64,000 bases of DNA from assembly GCA_964016885.1 (NCBI GenBank), contig OZ024742.1, forward strand, positions 114,762,001 through 114,826,000. Direction: 5' to 3'. The notes beneath the pieces were generated by a model. That model was not told the DNA's origin and made no database searches. It saw only the letters and a list, made by a program, of their open reading frames with translations. Both the position numbers and the translations under genes were made by a program. Of this stretch, positions 39,900 through 54,652 are shown piece by piece (the first letter of the stretch is position 1; each line of letters opens with the position of its first letter). This DNA comes from Eledone cirrhosa. Its lineage: Eukaryota.

Positions 39900-41550
39900 G
39901 GCAACTATAGAAATTAATTCAAACCGGTATTAAACATCAGTTTCAGTGCCAAGCCAGGAGTTTATGGAAGATTTCTATAGTTATGGACTCAAATGTTCTC
40001 CAAAACAGATTAGTTAGTTCTATATTGTCGACGCCAAGAACCTCTCTGTGAAGGTCATCGTACAATAGAACGCTAGCAAGGAATATCCACAGAGCGTATT
40101 GAACGACTTGTATAAAGTAGTGAGTGCGTGACATCTTTCCAAAACGCCGGACACCCAGACTTGGTCTTCGCTTGACACAAGACTGGGGCACATTCAAAGT
40201 GACCAGCTACAAAGAGAACAGTCTGACAAACGGGAACCACACTTTTATGAATATTTGGCATGCATACACTCTGAGTAGTGGGTGCTAGCAGCTGATGCAC
40301 TGCGTCACCCGTGGAACTCATTCATTTAGCAAAAAGGTTTGGTGTGGAGTGAGCGGGTCCACGCAACGACAGTAAGACAGTAATAGATGTCGGACGTGAT
40401 GCATGCATTTCACTCAACATTTCAGGGATAGCTTCCTCAGAGCCAGTTTGTAGATGAGGTTGACTCCTAGGCTCATTACCTCGTCCTAGCTTTTATCCAC
40501 TTGGAGATTTGGACCGCGAGAAATTTCACCATTCTATCCATCCAGGTAAAGATAACGTCAGTGAACGGCATAATGATGCCTCTTTTGTGGCGAGCTGAAA
40601 GCCCAACAACGTTTCCGGTTCGATATTTGCTCTTTGCACCCTTTCATATTTCTCTTAAGAATTTGCTAACCACCTTGATTTCTAACGTATGCCAACGCAG
40701 ACCTATAGCGGCCCGAATCGAGCGGGATGCCATGGAACAGCTCGAGCCTCCGCAATAGTGGCTTGACAATCAGTGCGTACAAAGGGAGGAGAGCAAGCAC
40801 CATTGATAGACCAAGCATGCGAACTATAATGATTACGATGGGTACCCGCTGATGTTGAACACCGAACATATTCCCCTGCGCACTGCAACGATCCCACCCT
40901 TCAAATCGGGATCGAAGCAGGCTGCTATAATGTCAGCCTCCAGGTGTTAAGGGTCAAACCTATCAACAGCTTTAAAATAATCCAAATTGATCATAGTCCA
41001 CCTAAGCCAGGTTTACTCCCTAACCTATCTCAGATATTTCGCATATGGTCAGATTTGTCGCGCAAAAACCTTCTCGTGATCAGGACTCACCTACCAAGCT
41101 CTCGAGGACACGCAACAGCTTCGGTGATAGCACCTTGTCAGAAATCTTAAACTCTGTGTTCAGCAGTGGTATGGACTTAACGTCCTCTTGTAATCATCTT
41201 TCATAGTCAAATGTAATACACCCCAGTTTACAGGACCGAGAATTCTCCCGTTATACTGCAGATTGAAGTAGGCAGATTCAAGATCAGAGAACATGTCCTA
41301 CATACCTACGTAAATATCATAGGGCAGAACACCTAGAGCGTGAGAGGAACGACTCCTGGAGTCGGCCAGGTCTTAATAAATCTCAGCCGCTGTTATCAGC
41401 ATTTCTCACAACTACACATATATCGCTGAATGTCGTGACAGTCCATCGGTGTAGCGATAGATGTGTAGTTGTGCCAAATGCTGATAACAGCGGCTGAGAT
41501 TAATAAAGCCCTGGCCGACTGCACGAGTCGTTCATCTCACGCTCTGGGTT
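39900..41550 (-). mobile_element. Heavily decayed L1/Tx1 ORF2 fragment related to the 16440-22260 family, with a 5' fold-back inversion
   Basis: Residual similarity to 16900-18830, for example AAATCTTAAACTCTGTGTT.AGCA, AAGCCAGGTTT and LITAAEINKALAD (versus ITSAEIQDALVG). Inverted arms are at 41330-41427 and 41453-41550. Confidence 0.7.
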
Positions 41551-42513
41551 TATATATGAATATATATGTGTGTCAGTTTCTGTATGTGTACCTAACTATC
41601 ATTGGGTATTAGCGCGTATTACCGTTTGAAAAATTTGTAGAGTTGCATTTTTTATTCTATTTATATATTGTCATCTTCACTATCAGGACTAGGGATACAA
41701 TTACATCACGGAAGTGTTATTACTGCAATCCCAAAAGAAAAAAAATCCAGCTCTTCTATTCAAAGTTTAAAATATATTAGGCTTATTCAAATGAATATAC
41801 AAAATCTTATCATCTAATTAGTAGCCAAATCAAATAGCATTATGCAAATAGGCAGGGAGTTCATTCATATAATACTGTAAGTATGCAACAAGTGCAACGC
41901 TAAAATGTCCACCGTCGTAAAAAACCCTTCTGGATTATCTCCCTTTCCCTTCTCCTCCTCACTCGAGGTTGCCCTTGTCTATCTCTCCCTTTCTCCTTTC
42001 TATGTGAGAGGCAACACGATTATACCACCTCTGAATCGTAGCTGACCACCAGGCTAAAGTCTACAAGGTTGGCCACAACTTACTTTCCCTATTTTTCCAC
42101 GGTTACTTTTTGCATGTTTCTTTCAGCTGTGTCTTCCCACGATGGGACCTGAATACTTTTTTTTCTCCTATTCTTTACCTATTTGTCCGCTTCTTCCCCC
42201 CTCCCTGTTCTTCCTCCTTTCCCTTTCTTTCCTTTTCTCTCTCCTTTTTTCTCCTCCATTTTCTCTGTTTCACTCTACTTTTCTAGCTGGCCTTTTGATT
42301 AATAAAAGGCCTCGAGCGCACCCGAACTACACCGATGTCCTGTAATTCAGCACATGAATATCGGTCCGGGAAATATTTACAGCTGACGATGGAAACTCCT
42401 TTCTTCCGTTCTCCTCCTGTTCTGTCCTAACCACCTTCCTAAACCCTATATATATATATATATATATATTTGAAATGTATATGTATATTTATCTATATCT
42501 CTCTATCTATCTA

Positions 42514-42569
<56 letters not shown>

Positions 42570-44277
42570 TATAGATATATAGATATAGATATATAGAAAT
42601 ATGTAGTGATATACATGCTTTCGTGACTATTTTGTGCTGCAAATATTATATAATTTCACATTTATATGCATTGACATACCGCTAAAATGCACAATAACAT
42701 ATGAGATATGATGAATCTTTCTAACATGTTATTTTTTTTTTTCACAATTTTAATTTCCATTTCAAAATTGATGATGTTTTATATTACGTAATCTTAAATC
42801 CCAGTTAAATTAACACCGATTATATTCATAGCTATACCTCAGTAAATCTTTATCTGAAAATTCAAAATCTAAAACCTTACTAACTTGAATTCTATTAAGG
42901 GTTTCAATTGGTATAATATATGTTCTCTAATTCAGTTATTTTAAAGGATAACGTTGACTTCTGATCTCTAGGCAGATTTTCTGTCCCAAGAGTTCATATG
43001 GAAGTAAATCCATTTATTTTACTCCACATTACTCGAACGAATCTGGTGGTGATTGTGCAATGGCTAATATATTAATAACATTTACATAGATTTCTATGAA
43101 TTTATGTTTCCTACACGGATAAGACCATCTTTTGTTTTAAAGTATTTTCATACAAGCAATATTAGTATAGATATCCATTTGTGAAAATGAGAGAAGTGTG
43201 AAATTCCAATATCACTACTATGTCATTAATTTATTAGCTTCCGTCTATCCTATAAATGTGTAATAAAAAATGGGTGGTAAATGATTGATTTGTTTATGGA
43301 GATTTGGCTGTTTCTTTTGTATAGACCAACCAATAAATCGAAAACTTGTTTTGTTAAAATAATAATGTTTTATCTAAAAAAAATTCTAGGAATTATTTTA
43401 CTATGTATTTATTAATGCATTTATTTTTATCTCATAAAACTTAAAACATTATACAAAAGTTAATTGAAATTGTATAAAGGTGGATTAACTTTCCTGAAAA
43501 GCGAAACTCTCCGAAATTGAAACTTCTCGATGTGCAACACTGGACGACTACATTCAATGTAAATTAATAAAGGTCTCATTTTATAGATTCATTTATGCTA
43601 TCATTCCGAAATCAAACATAAATTCTAAACAGTTTCCGCTTAGATAAATTTCCTGTAAACCATTATAAACTGTATTAAATACTGTTGTTGCAGCTGCTCA
43701 TATTCGTGAGTTTACTGTGGATGAAGATGTTTAGTTACTTATTTTAATACAGATATTGCTAATGATTAAGTGATGAAGCCACGTGTTCTATGGGTTAGGA
43801 CGTTTAAATTCAAATACGCGTTTGATTAATGGAGCGAGTGAAGCGCTATTACCCTCGGCAACGCACTTCATGTTGATCTCTTTCATTCAGCTGAAAATAA
43901 GTACCATTGTCAAATGAGGGTTATCTCATGAGGTGAATCGGGTGAATGATATGCTCTCATTCGTTAAACACCAGGTGAAATAGGGAAGAAATCGGAGATA
44001 TGTATTATCCACAGTCATGGAAAAACTAAAGGTAAACGACCCCTTACACTGATTACCATATCAAGATATATATATATATGATATCATATAAAACGAAAAA
44101 TCAGTGATGCATCTGAACTCAATTTATTGTGTGTTACAATTGTTTTACCGGCGGACAGCTCGAGACGCGATCATTGTGTGGATCTGTCTGATTCTGGACC
44201 CGCAGTTTCGATGGACACGTGTAATGTTTTCGGAGCATATTCTTCCGCCTATGGAAGCATCTTAGCTACCATCCGAT

Positions 44278-44308
<31 letters not shown>

Positions 44309-44337
44309 TACACCCACATATATATATTAATACATTA

Positions 44338-44746
<409 letters not shown>

Positions 44747-44824
44747 CTGTATATATGTAGAAGAGATATGTATTTTGTTTTAAATCCAACAAATTTTATA
44801 AATATAGTTTCCATGTATTTAATA

Positions 44825-45395
44825 CTAGCAGTGGTACCCGGTGTTGCACGGGATAAGGTATTGTGAAATATATAACCGCCTTAGCTAAGCTTAGTATTGC
44901 CACAACCACGGCTGGCAAAGAAGTAAGGGTCTGGTGGTACGTAAGTTAGCAACACTGTGGCTTAAAACGTGAGGAAGAAGTTGTGTGCACTTACCAACTG
45001 TTTGGGGAATCAGTGTGAGATTTGTCTTGAGCAAGGATGGCAATATAACCGGAGGCAGCAGACAGCCAGACATACAGACACATATTAGCGAAGTGTCGAA
45101 ATTGACGTAATGTAGACAGCCAGACATACAGACAGATGTTATAGGGGCGCTACGTTATATGTATGTATCTATCTAAAACGAGAAAGACTAAGAATTATAA
45201 TGATAGATCGCTAAATCGCCTAATGCGGCCCCTAGGGCATTGACAATTTGACATTCCTTTTGCTCAGAACACTTCCTGAAACATAAGTATTACATGTGTA
45301 AAGTTTGAAAACAGTCGGATGGGTCGTTCTCTAATTTTAGGGATTCAAACACACACACACACACAGATAGACATCCTAAGTTTTATATATAGAGA
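44825..45395 (-). mobile_element. Non-autonomous Helitron
   Basis: Minus strand 5' end is A|TCTCTATATATAAAA..(GT)n. The 3' end is the hairpin CCCGTGCAACACCGGG followed by CTAG|T. Confidence 0.8.
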
Positions 45396-45401
45396 TAATT
45401 G

Positions 45402-45477
<76 letters not shown>

Positions 45478-45735
45478 CAGCTAAAATGGATAAACATGTT
45501 GTTATTACGATTACATTTTCAGCAAACCCACACATACTGCACGTGCTGTATTGGTACGCGTTTTTCTTGTTCTTGTTCATAGTGTATCTACGTTGTTGCT
45601 GCAGCTGATGTTGATTGAGTTGATATTGTTACTGCTGTAACCGGTCATAGTCTAGATTTCGGTGTGGTTCTGTTTATTTTATGAGAATCGGTATTACTAA
45701 TGGGTAATAATAATAAAGCTGATGATAATGATAAT

Positions 45736-45922
45736 AATTGTTTCTACTTTAGGCACAAAGCCAGCAATTACCCAGTGCATTACTGGTACTTTATTTTATC
45801 GACCCCATAAGGATGAAAGGCAAAGTCAACCTCGGCGGGATTTGAACTCAGATCGTAAAGGTACGTAACTATGCTGGAAAGCATGGCGTCCGACCCTCCA
45901 CCGATACTGCCAATCCACCGCC
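45736..45922 (-). mobile_element. Full-length tRNA-derived SINE
   Basis: Near-consensus copy with A and B boxes, flanked by TGATGATAATGATAATAAT direct repeats. Confidence 0.9.
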
Positions 45923-46316
45923 CTTGATGATAATGATAATAATGATCATAATGAGGATGATAACTTCGAGGATGGACCTTCATATGTTCAGCCATATGTA
46001 CTTTTTTCACGTTGATTAAAGCCAAAGGGATCTATGCAAAAACTTTTCGTTAGCATATCTTGGAAATTGTGTTTCAGCGGAAAAAATACCTGTCTCATCT
46101 GGATTTTGAATGAAAGTCATAATCAATTTGTTTACCTCCCCATACAACCCAGTTTGACCTAAAATGATTAGGTCATTACGAGGTTATGTTAATGTCAATT
46201 TCCAAAGGTGTCATGCACCTGACGTCTTGTCTTGATTGTAAACGATGTAAACGTGTTAAACACTTACTCATGTTGCCGTTTTTTTTTTCTAGCATTAATT
46301 ATTATTATTATTATAA

Positions 46317-46356
<40 letters not shown>

Positions 46357-48055
46357 TGCATTTATCTTGTTTTATGTTCATACGAGTTATCACCAAGTCA
46401 CAACCAGTGACCTCAAGAGACAACAAGGTCCGCCATGTTCAAGAAAGAACATACATATTCACACATGCATCCTTAGTGTTGGCAGACACTGATCGTGTGC
46501 CGATATAATCAGTCCTTCAGTCTCCGATTTCAGTCCAGAGGATGCCAACCACTGATGGGTTAAAGTTTTGTCAACATCAGGATTGTTAGCTCGCTCTGGG
46601 TATTTTCCATACAAAGGCTTTTCTTGCCATTTCTTAGCCAGTTTCTGTAGCAGTTCTTTCTTTGCAGTTACTTTTACCTGCTTTGATTTTTCTGTGTCTT
46701 CCATTTCAGCAGTAAATGGGACTTCTGAAATTTGTAGTCCATTACTGTATCTTTGTGCATCTTTTGTAATGGAATATGATATTTTGGTGCTCTCGTGTTT
46801 CAAAACGAGTTTGATCATCCAATCATGTGATCCCCTTAGATATGTGGACGATCCAATTGTTGCAGTTTTCAACGCAATGTCTAACTGGATTAACCCACGT
46901 CCTCCTTCTTTCCTAGGGAGATATATTCTATCTATGTCTGCCTTAGGGTGATGCATTCTGTGCATGGTTAAGAATTTTCGGATTGTTGTATCGAGCCTAC
47001 GGATCTCTGTGCTTGACCAGTTGATGACATTGTAACTATAGGTTACTACTGGTATGGCAAGCGTGTTTATGGCATCGATCCTATTCCTTGCATTCAATTC
47101 CGTTCTTAAGATTGCTCTGACTCTGCGGTAACATTCCTTCCTTATCCTTTCCCTCATTGTCGAGTGCTTGATTCCGTCTCCTTCACAAGATTTTCTTGAT
47201 CAAGCTCTCTCATCACGTTCCCCCGATCAAGATTAATGTCTGAACTCTTCAGCAGCTTTCCTCTGGTGAACGTTGCTTTGGCGCATTTATCCAGTCCAAA
47301 CTCCATTTTAATGTCATCACTGAATTGTTTCACAGTGGATAATAGCCCTTGCAATTGTTCATCATTTTTTGCAAATAGTTTCAGGTCATCCATGTAGAAC
47401 AGGTGATTAATGGTTTTGTCATAGACTCTATATCCATGTTTTGTTTCATTCAGCATTTTACTTAATGTTATAAGTGCGATGCAGAATAAAAGCGGTGATA
47501 AAGAGTCACCCTGAAAAATTCCACAATTAATATTAACTTCTCCAGCTTCCAGTGATTTTGTTTCACTATTCAAAAGGAGTGTCGTTCTCCATGTCTTCAT
47601 GCTGAATGACAAAATCCTCCTGACAACGGGGGATATTTTGAAAATCTCTAGACATTTTTCAATCCAACTGTGTGGCAAACTATCGAATGCTTTTTTATAA
47701 TCTATCCAAGCAATCGATAGATTTTTGTGTCTATTATGACAATCTTCCAGTATCATTTTGTTAACCAGAAGCTGATCCTTACAGCCATATGAGCCTCGTT
47801 CACACCCTTTCTGCTCAATGGGAAATAGGTCATTTGTTATCAGGTGGTCATATGTGTATTCAGTTAGGACTGATGTTAAAATGTTATACATTGTGGTCAA
47901 GCAGGTTATCTGTCTGTAATTTTTGGAATTGTTTGTCTCATCATTCTTCGGTAGCAGGAATGTAATGCCGTTAACTAACATGATGGTATATTTTCTGGCT
48001 CATTAACTATTTTATTGTAAAGTTGCGCTAACAGCTCATGAAACTCTGTGAAGGC

Positions 48056-48057
<2 letters not shown>
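46357..48057 (-). mobile_element. R4/Dong-clade non-LTR element, copy A (RT; internally deleted, lacks RLE)
   Basis: WIDYKKAFDS, GIFQGDSLSP, HLFYMDDLKL, RKEGGRGL. (TAA)n lies on both sides. Confidence 0.88.
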
Positions 48058-48091
<34 letters not shown>

Positions 48092-48092
<1 letters not shown>

Positions 48093-49276
48093 TGCATTTA
48101 TCTTGCTTTATGTTTATACGAGTTATCACCAAGTCACAACCAGTGACCTCAAGAGACAACAAGGTCCGCCATGTTCAAGAAAGAACACACATATTCACAC
48201 ATGCATCCTTAGTGTTTAGACTTGTGATGTACTTATATTGACAGGATCTTCCTTAGTATATGGGCAGTTCCCATTAGTACTATCTTTTGTATTTCTCCTA
48301 TACGCGGGTTTCCTGGGATTTGCGATAAGTAGTCGTTAGACCCCTTAGGTATCATTCCCAGAGCGCCTACAACCACTGGTATTGTTTTAGTTCTCAATTT
48401 CCACATTTTTCCAATTTCTATCTCCAGGTCCTTATACTTGCTCAATTTTTCAAATGTTTTTATAGATACATTCTTGTCTATTGGAACAGACATATCAATT
48501 AGCAGGCATACTCTCCTTTGAAAGTCCTTCAATATTATATCAGGTCTATTTGCATCTATTTTTCGGTCTGTTTGGATGCTAAAGTTCCACAAGATTGAGA
48601 TGTGATCTTTTTCAAGTATGGGAGGTGGTTGATGCTCCCACCAATTCTTTTGATGGGGCAGGTCAAAATGCTTACACATTATCCAATGTATGTATTGTGC
48701 AGCTCTGTCATGCCTGTTTAGGTATTCGGTTGGAGCTATAGGACTGCACATTGAAATTATATGGTCAATGGTCTCTGGTTGTTTTTTGCATACACGGCAT
48801 AATGGGCTGCACCCATTTTTTATTATGTTGGCTTGGTAATTTTTTGTTGGCAGACACTGATCTTGTGCGGATATAATCAGTCCTTCAGTCTCCGATTTCA
48901 GTCCAGAGGATGCCAACCACTGATGGGTTAAAGTTTTGTCAACATCAGGATTGTTAGCTCGCTCTGGGTATTTTCCATACAGAGGCTTTTCTTGCCATTT
49001 CTTAGCCAGTTTCTGTAGCAGTTCTTTCTTTGCAGTTACTTTTATCTGCTTTGCTTTTTCTGTGTTTTCCATTTCAGCAGTAAATGGGACTTCTGAAATT
49101 TGTAGTCCATTACTGTATCTTTGTGCATCTTTTGTAATGGAATATGATCTTTTGGTGCTTTCGTGTTTCAAAACGAGTTTGATCATCCAATCATGTGATT
49201 CCCTTAGATATGTGGATAATCCAATTGTTGCAGTTTTCAACGCAATGTCTAACTGGATTAACCCACGTCCTCCTTC

Positions 49277-49278
<2 letters not shown>
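48092..49278 (-). mobile_element. R4/Dong-clade element, copy B (5'-truncated; CCHC and restriction-like endonuclease)
   Basis: CRVCKKQPETIDHIISMC, RHD, NRPDIIL..LIDMSVP, KLSKYKDL. Its 3' UTR is nearly identical to that of copy A, and it has (TAA)n flanks. Confidence 0.9.
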
Positions 49279-49338
<60 letters not shown>

Positions 49339-49339
<1 letters not shown>

Positions 49340-51755
49340 TTTTGAGTCCCAGTCATTGATGTTAGTTAACTGGAAAGTTTGTTGAAATGAATATCAAGCC
49401 ACTACTTGCAGCCTCAGATATTCAGGACGTATCGGAGGGTTCTTGCTGTTCCCAGCAAGCATGCCTTTTGAAGCGTTCCAAAAAGCGTGAAGGGGCCAAT
49501 TTTCTTTAACCATCCCTGGAAATTTTTTGAGATAGTCCCTAGTGCGCCTATGACAATCGGGATCACTTTGACTTCATGGCAGTCCCAAATCCTTTTTACT
49601 TCCCACTTTAAGTGCAGGTATCGGTTAATTTTCTCCCTCTCCTTCTCATGCACTCTCGTGTCGAATGGGCAGGCCACATACACAATCAGGCACGATCTTT
49701 TTTCTTTGTCCAAAACCACCAGGTCAGGTCTATTGTGTTCCAGTTTCTTCTCCGTCTGTATCCTAAAATCCCACAGCACCTTCACCTGATCGTTTTCTAT
49801 CACCGCCTCTGGCTTATGCTCATACCACTTCTCAGAATGTGGTAAATTGTTTACTTTGCATAGGTGCCAGTGGATCACCCTGCCCATCACATCATGTCTC
49901 CAGCCTTTATAGTTAGTCTGGGCTATGTGTTTACACTCGGATACAATGTGAGCCACAGTCTCCTCTCTCTCTCCACATATCTTGCACAGTGGGCTAGCCT
50001 CCTCCTTGTAAATATGGTGTTTCAACCACTTCGTTTTGAGGGCCTGCTCCTGCGCAGCCATTAACATTCCTTCTGTAGCCTTTTTAAGGTCTCCTCTTCT
50101 CAACCAGTTCCATGTCTGTGGATCTCTAAATTCAGTTTTCTCAAAGAAGGTACTATGAATGGATAACTCCCTGAAGGCTGCTCTTTTTCTTTGATGTTAT
50201 TTCCTCCTTGGACACCCCCTGGCCTATTGTCCCCTCCTTCAGTACAGTTCTGAGCATTGGCTCCTTACTATCAGTCACGTATTTGTGTAGGTTGTTTTTC
50301 TCCATCTGAACACAGTCCTCTATGCTGATAAGACTTCTTCCACCTTCAGATCTCCTTAAGTAGAGTCTATCGACATCACTCCTCTCGTGTTACATATTGT
50401 AGATAGTCAATAGGTTCCTAGTCTTCCTATCTATTTCTTTTTGTTCAGCAACATTCCATCTCAGAATTCCCGCACTGTACCTAATAATAGACACAGCTCG
50501 GGAATTTACTGCACTTATGGCATTCCTACTGTTCAGATGTGACTTTAATACGCTCCTTACTCTCCGAAGGTATTCAGTTCTTATGAATTCCTTCATTTTT
50601 TTGTTCTTGATGTCATAAGCCTCCAGAACGCCCAAATAATTGTATCCTTCCTCTTAGTCAATTTCCTTTATCATCTCACCTGTTGGTATCTGGATTCCGT
50701 TACTTCTGCTCAACTTACCCCTCCTCATCACAATGACACCACACTTACTAATACCAAATTGCATACATATATCATTGCTGAAAATACGGACAGTGTCAAC
50801 AAGCACATCCTACTCCTTCTCACTCTTCCCGAAGAGCTTAAGATCGTCCATGAAGAGGAGGTGATTGATGGTAAGCCCTCCCTTTCCCAACCTGTATCCT
50901 GCTCTCACTTTTCGCAGTACACTGGTTAGGGGCACCAGGGCTAGGGAAAACAAAAGAGAGGACAGACTATCTCCCTGTAAGATACCTCTCTTGATCTTCA
51001 CGCTTCCCAAGGATTCTCCAGTTGATGTTAACTCTGTTTCCCAGGACTTCATACTTTTGCCCAACAACTTTCTGATGTTATCTGCCACCTTGAAGATCCC
51101 CAGGTCATCCAAGAATGAGGCACCATGTCAAATGCGTTTTTGTAGTCTATCCATCCCATGGCAAGACCAGTGTGTCTCCTCTTGCAATTCCTCATTACCA
51201 TATTATCAATAAGTAACTGGACCTTTGTACCACGTGACTTCTTTCGGCATCCTTACTGTTCGTCCGGTAACAAGTTGTTTGTATGGAGGTGATGGTAGAT
51301 TTCCTCAGACATAATGCTTGTCAACAGTTTCCACATTACGGACAGACATGTGATAGGTCTTTAGTTGGTAACATCATTATCAGAACTGTGGTACCTTTTG
51401 TCAACCACTCTGGTACCTCACCTGACATCAAGCAGTAATTGAACATGTTTTTCAGTTTCGGGTGGAGGGATGTTATGTTTTTAATCCAAATCCCCTGCAC
51501 ACCATCTGGGCCAGGTGATTTCCAGTTGGTTAGTTTTCTGGCATGCCCCTTAAGAGTTTCAACTGTGATACTCAAATCAGTTTGTTGGTGTGCCTGTTCA
51601 CTGATCTCCTTCTGTACTGTCTCAATCCACACTGCCTGGTCATTATGTTTAACATTCTGCTCCCACATTCCTCTCCAGAATGTTTTAGTTTGTTCCGCCT
51701 CAGGGATCATGTCGTTGCCTCTTTCATTCCCTTCAAGCTGTCCAAACAGCATCTC
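49339..51755 (-). mobile_element. R4/Dong-clade element of a second family, decayed (RT and RLE)
   Basis: WKSPGPDGVQ, GILQGDSLS, HLLFMDDLKL, CKICGEREETVAHIVSEC, HNRPDLVV. The 3' end is at (TAA)n and the 5' end at (GAA)n. Confidence 0.88.
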
Positions 51756-51872
51756 TTCTTCTTCTTCTTCTTCTTCTTCTTCTTCTTCTTCTTCTTCTTC
51801 TTCTTCTTCTTCTTCTTCTTCTTCTTCTTCTTCTTCTTCTTCTTCTTCTTCTTCTTCTTCTTCTTCTTCTTC
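51756..51872. repeat. Perfect (TTC)n microsatellite
   Basis: About 39 uninterrupted units. Confidence 0.97.
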
Positions 51873-52269
51873 TATATGGGATTGTCGTGAGAAAAATCCT
51901 CTTTGAACGCCGAAGAGCAACTAACTATCATATGTGGTAGTCCTATCGCTATCTGCCACGTGTGATCTGTTCCCCAGCAGAACACCTCTGATGAGATCAT
52001 TAGAAATCCAGAGGAGAAACATAGTTATGTTCAACTGAACTTCTGAACTTTTCTTGACAAGTTGTCTAGAACAACCAATAAAATTCTACACTAATATGAG
52101 TGTCAATAGTCGTCATTATCACAATGTAATTCAATAGCAATGAGGATTATTAAAATCTGCAATAACAGTCTCATTATAATAACACAAGAGATCCAAGAAC
52201 ATTTAATGTGCTCAAATGTGGCAAGGCTTTTATGTAGGATTAAATTTGACTAATAAAAGATTTAAAAGA

Positions 52270-52880
52270 GAAGTTATTCTCCAGCTGACTCGAATGTGTT
52301 GGCTGGACTGTATATCAGGAAACAATGGTTTTCGTGAGCAATAATTCTAATTTTCCAAAAGGGAGACAAGGGAGATTGCTCCAAATCTATGGCAAGAATG
52401 AAAATCAAAGATGCAAAGACTGAGCCACTAGTCTTGTTAAGGAAGCCTGCACACTGACCTCTACATGTGAATAGAATTCCATTGAAGCAGCTGGAAATGT
52501 TCAAATATCTCGGGGCTGTTTTCACTAATTGTGGGTTGTGATAGGCTAAATTATGTGCAGTAATGCACCCGCACCAACATTCGCTCATCAGAAGCTAACT
52601 AGCTGTAAACAACCATCATTCGCGCTATTTGGGATTTGGTATTCGTGCCACCGCATATCTATATTCATGAATCTTGACTAATGATCCAATGAATACGACC
52701 CCGAATAGCAGTGGCGGAAATGAAGTTCTTGCAAAGTGTCATTAGAGTAACGTTACTCAATAGAATGTTTAGTTCGGACATCAGAGATCGCCCCTAGGAG
52801 AGTCGCTATTAGTCGGAATTGAGAGATCACAGTTCCGATATTCAGGACAGGCGAGTAGAATGACTTTAGAAAAATCCTTA
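52270..52880 (+). mobile_element. Old RTE-clade LINE fragment
   Basis: Broken frames read QLEMFKYLG, VAEMKFLQSVIRVTLLNR..SDIR and IERSQFRYSGQASRM. Confidence 0.65.
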
Positions 52881-53583
52881 GATATGAATGATTTCACTAT
52901 TAATGCTAGGAAGGTAATTACGTCAGAATATCGCCTATTTTTACTGACGTTGATTATTTACGATTTATCTCCACGAATGTGTTTATTGCCTGCGTGTGTT
53001 CCTGGCGTCCTTATTGTCGCACAAAAATAAGTATTCAAACGTATTCAGTACCTTTTCTCGCATATCTTCATCACAACTCCCCCACTCTCTTATACGTGCA
53101 CACACACACACTCATACATTCATACATAATTATAAGGGGAATTTGTCAAAAGCACATATTCGTCGAATGCATTCGATGAACTGGGATTTTAATGTTTCTT
53201 CAAACAAATAGGTTTAGCAGAAAAAAGAATCAGAAATCGGAGCTCAAATGTTCCACAGACAAACAATTAAAAAGAAGTGTTAATATATAAATCAGAATTA
53301 ATAGGATATGCATAATCGATGTAATTTGATATCGACTTTAGGAATATATTTTATATGACCTTAAATTATAATTATTCACACCAATAACCGTTGGTATTCT
53401 TGAGAAAACTAGTAATTGTAATTTTTTTATATTTCTTTGCAAGCACCTATGTTACAGAGTGGTACGCCAAGGTAATGCTACAAGTAGTCAATAGAGTACT
53501 GTTGAGGCTAAGGTTATGAATATGTGTGTAATTCTGTTATTGATAAGAATATTAAAAGCTGTATTTTCCAGCAAATTACAAGT

Positions 53584-53729
<146 letters not shown>

Positions 53730-53743
53730 TACATATATATATG

Positions 53744-53811
<68 letters not shown>

Positions 53812-53812
<1 letters not shown>

Positions 53813-54652
53813 TAGCAGAGGTACCCAGTAATATCGGGGAGTGGGGGTTTCCTAGTGCTCATTAAAATGCCAATTGCCTTTCAGACCAAAAATGAAATCA
53901 AAATATAGGACAGATAATCAAAAGCGAAGACAAATTCATTTACGAAACAATAATACAAATAAATATTGTTGATTGCATTGGTCAGGCGAAAAATCTGTTT
54001 GTCAGAGAAGTTGAGTGTTGCTACAAGGAAAATATAGAACGCCCATTACGGTGTCTTAATATTAGTGAAATTTACTGAAATGTTGTGAATAGGCATCATA
54101 TCTTGTCAATTACCTATGGTTGAAATCTATTATATAATTATGAAATGGGCGAAAATTGTGTGAGTCGTCTCTGGATAGAGAGAAAAGGGTAGTATCAATG
54201 CTCTGTTTGTCATGAAAATGTATACGTTAATGTGAAAGGTGCATAGGAAGCGACAGGTCTACGTGGGTCTATCTAAATTGAAAAGTATGGTCTCTAGAGC
54301 CAAAAAACGGTATTTTTCAAGCGATGTTACCTCCCTTTAATTTTTTAGCTTTACTCTCTCCGTCGCTCTTCCTTCTCTCTATAAAAAATCATTCCTCCTC
54401 TCTATAATTTAACTGCTTTACTCTCTCTGTCGCTCGTCAATCCCTATATGACAACACTGCAGAGAAAGATAGGCCGTTAGAATAGCAGAGAGACATAGGC
54501 CGTTAGACAGAGAGAGATACAATTAAATTGTTAGATATTCACAGAGAGAGAGGGGGGCAGCAAACTTTAGTTAACTTTCAGTAACGAGCTATACATTTTT
54601 GATGTGTCGTCGCTCGCATAGCACACACACACACACACACACGATACTTATA
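53812..54652 (-). mobile_element. Non-autonomous Helitron
   Basis: Minus 3' end is CCCGATATTACTGGG..CTGCTAG|T, similar to the terminus at 44825. The 5' end is TATATAAGTATC(GT)n. Confidence 0.65.

Noticed and set aside
42381-42400. CTGACGATGGAAAC after a pyrimidine-rich tract (similar CTGACGAGGGAAAC at 32023)
   Set aside because: There is no stem II or closing stems. It may be a PLE 3' remnant, but I cannot support that.
51985-52035. CTGATGA...GAAA-CATAgtTATG-TT motif
   Set aside because: Stem III is plausible but stems I and II fail, and an alternative CCTCTG/CAGAGG hairpin overlaps the core.
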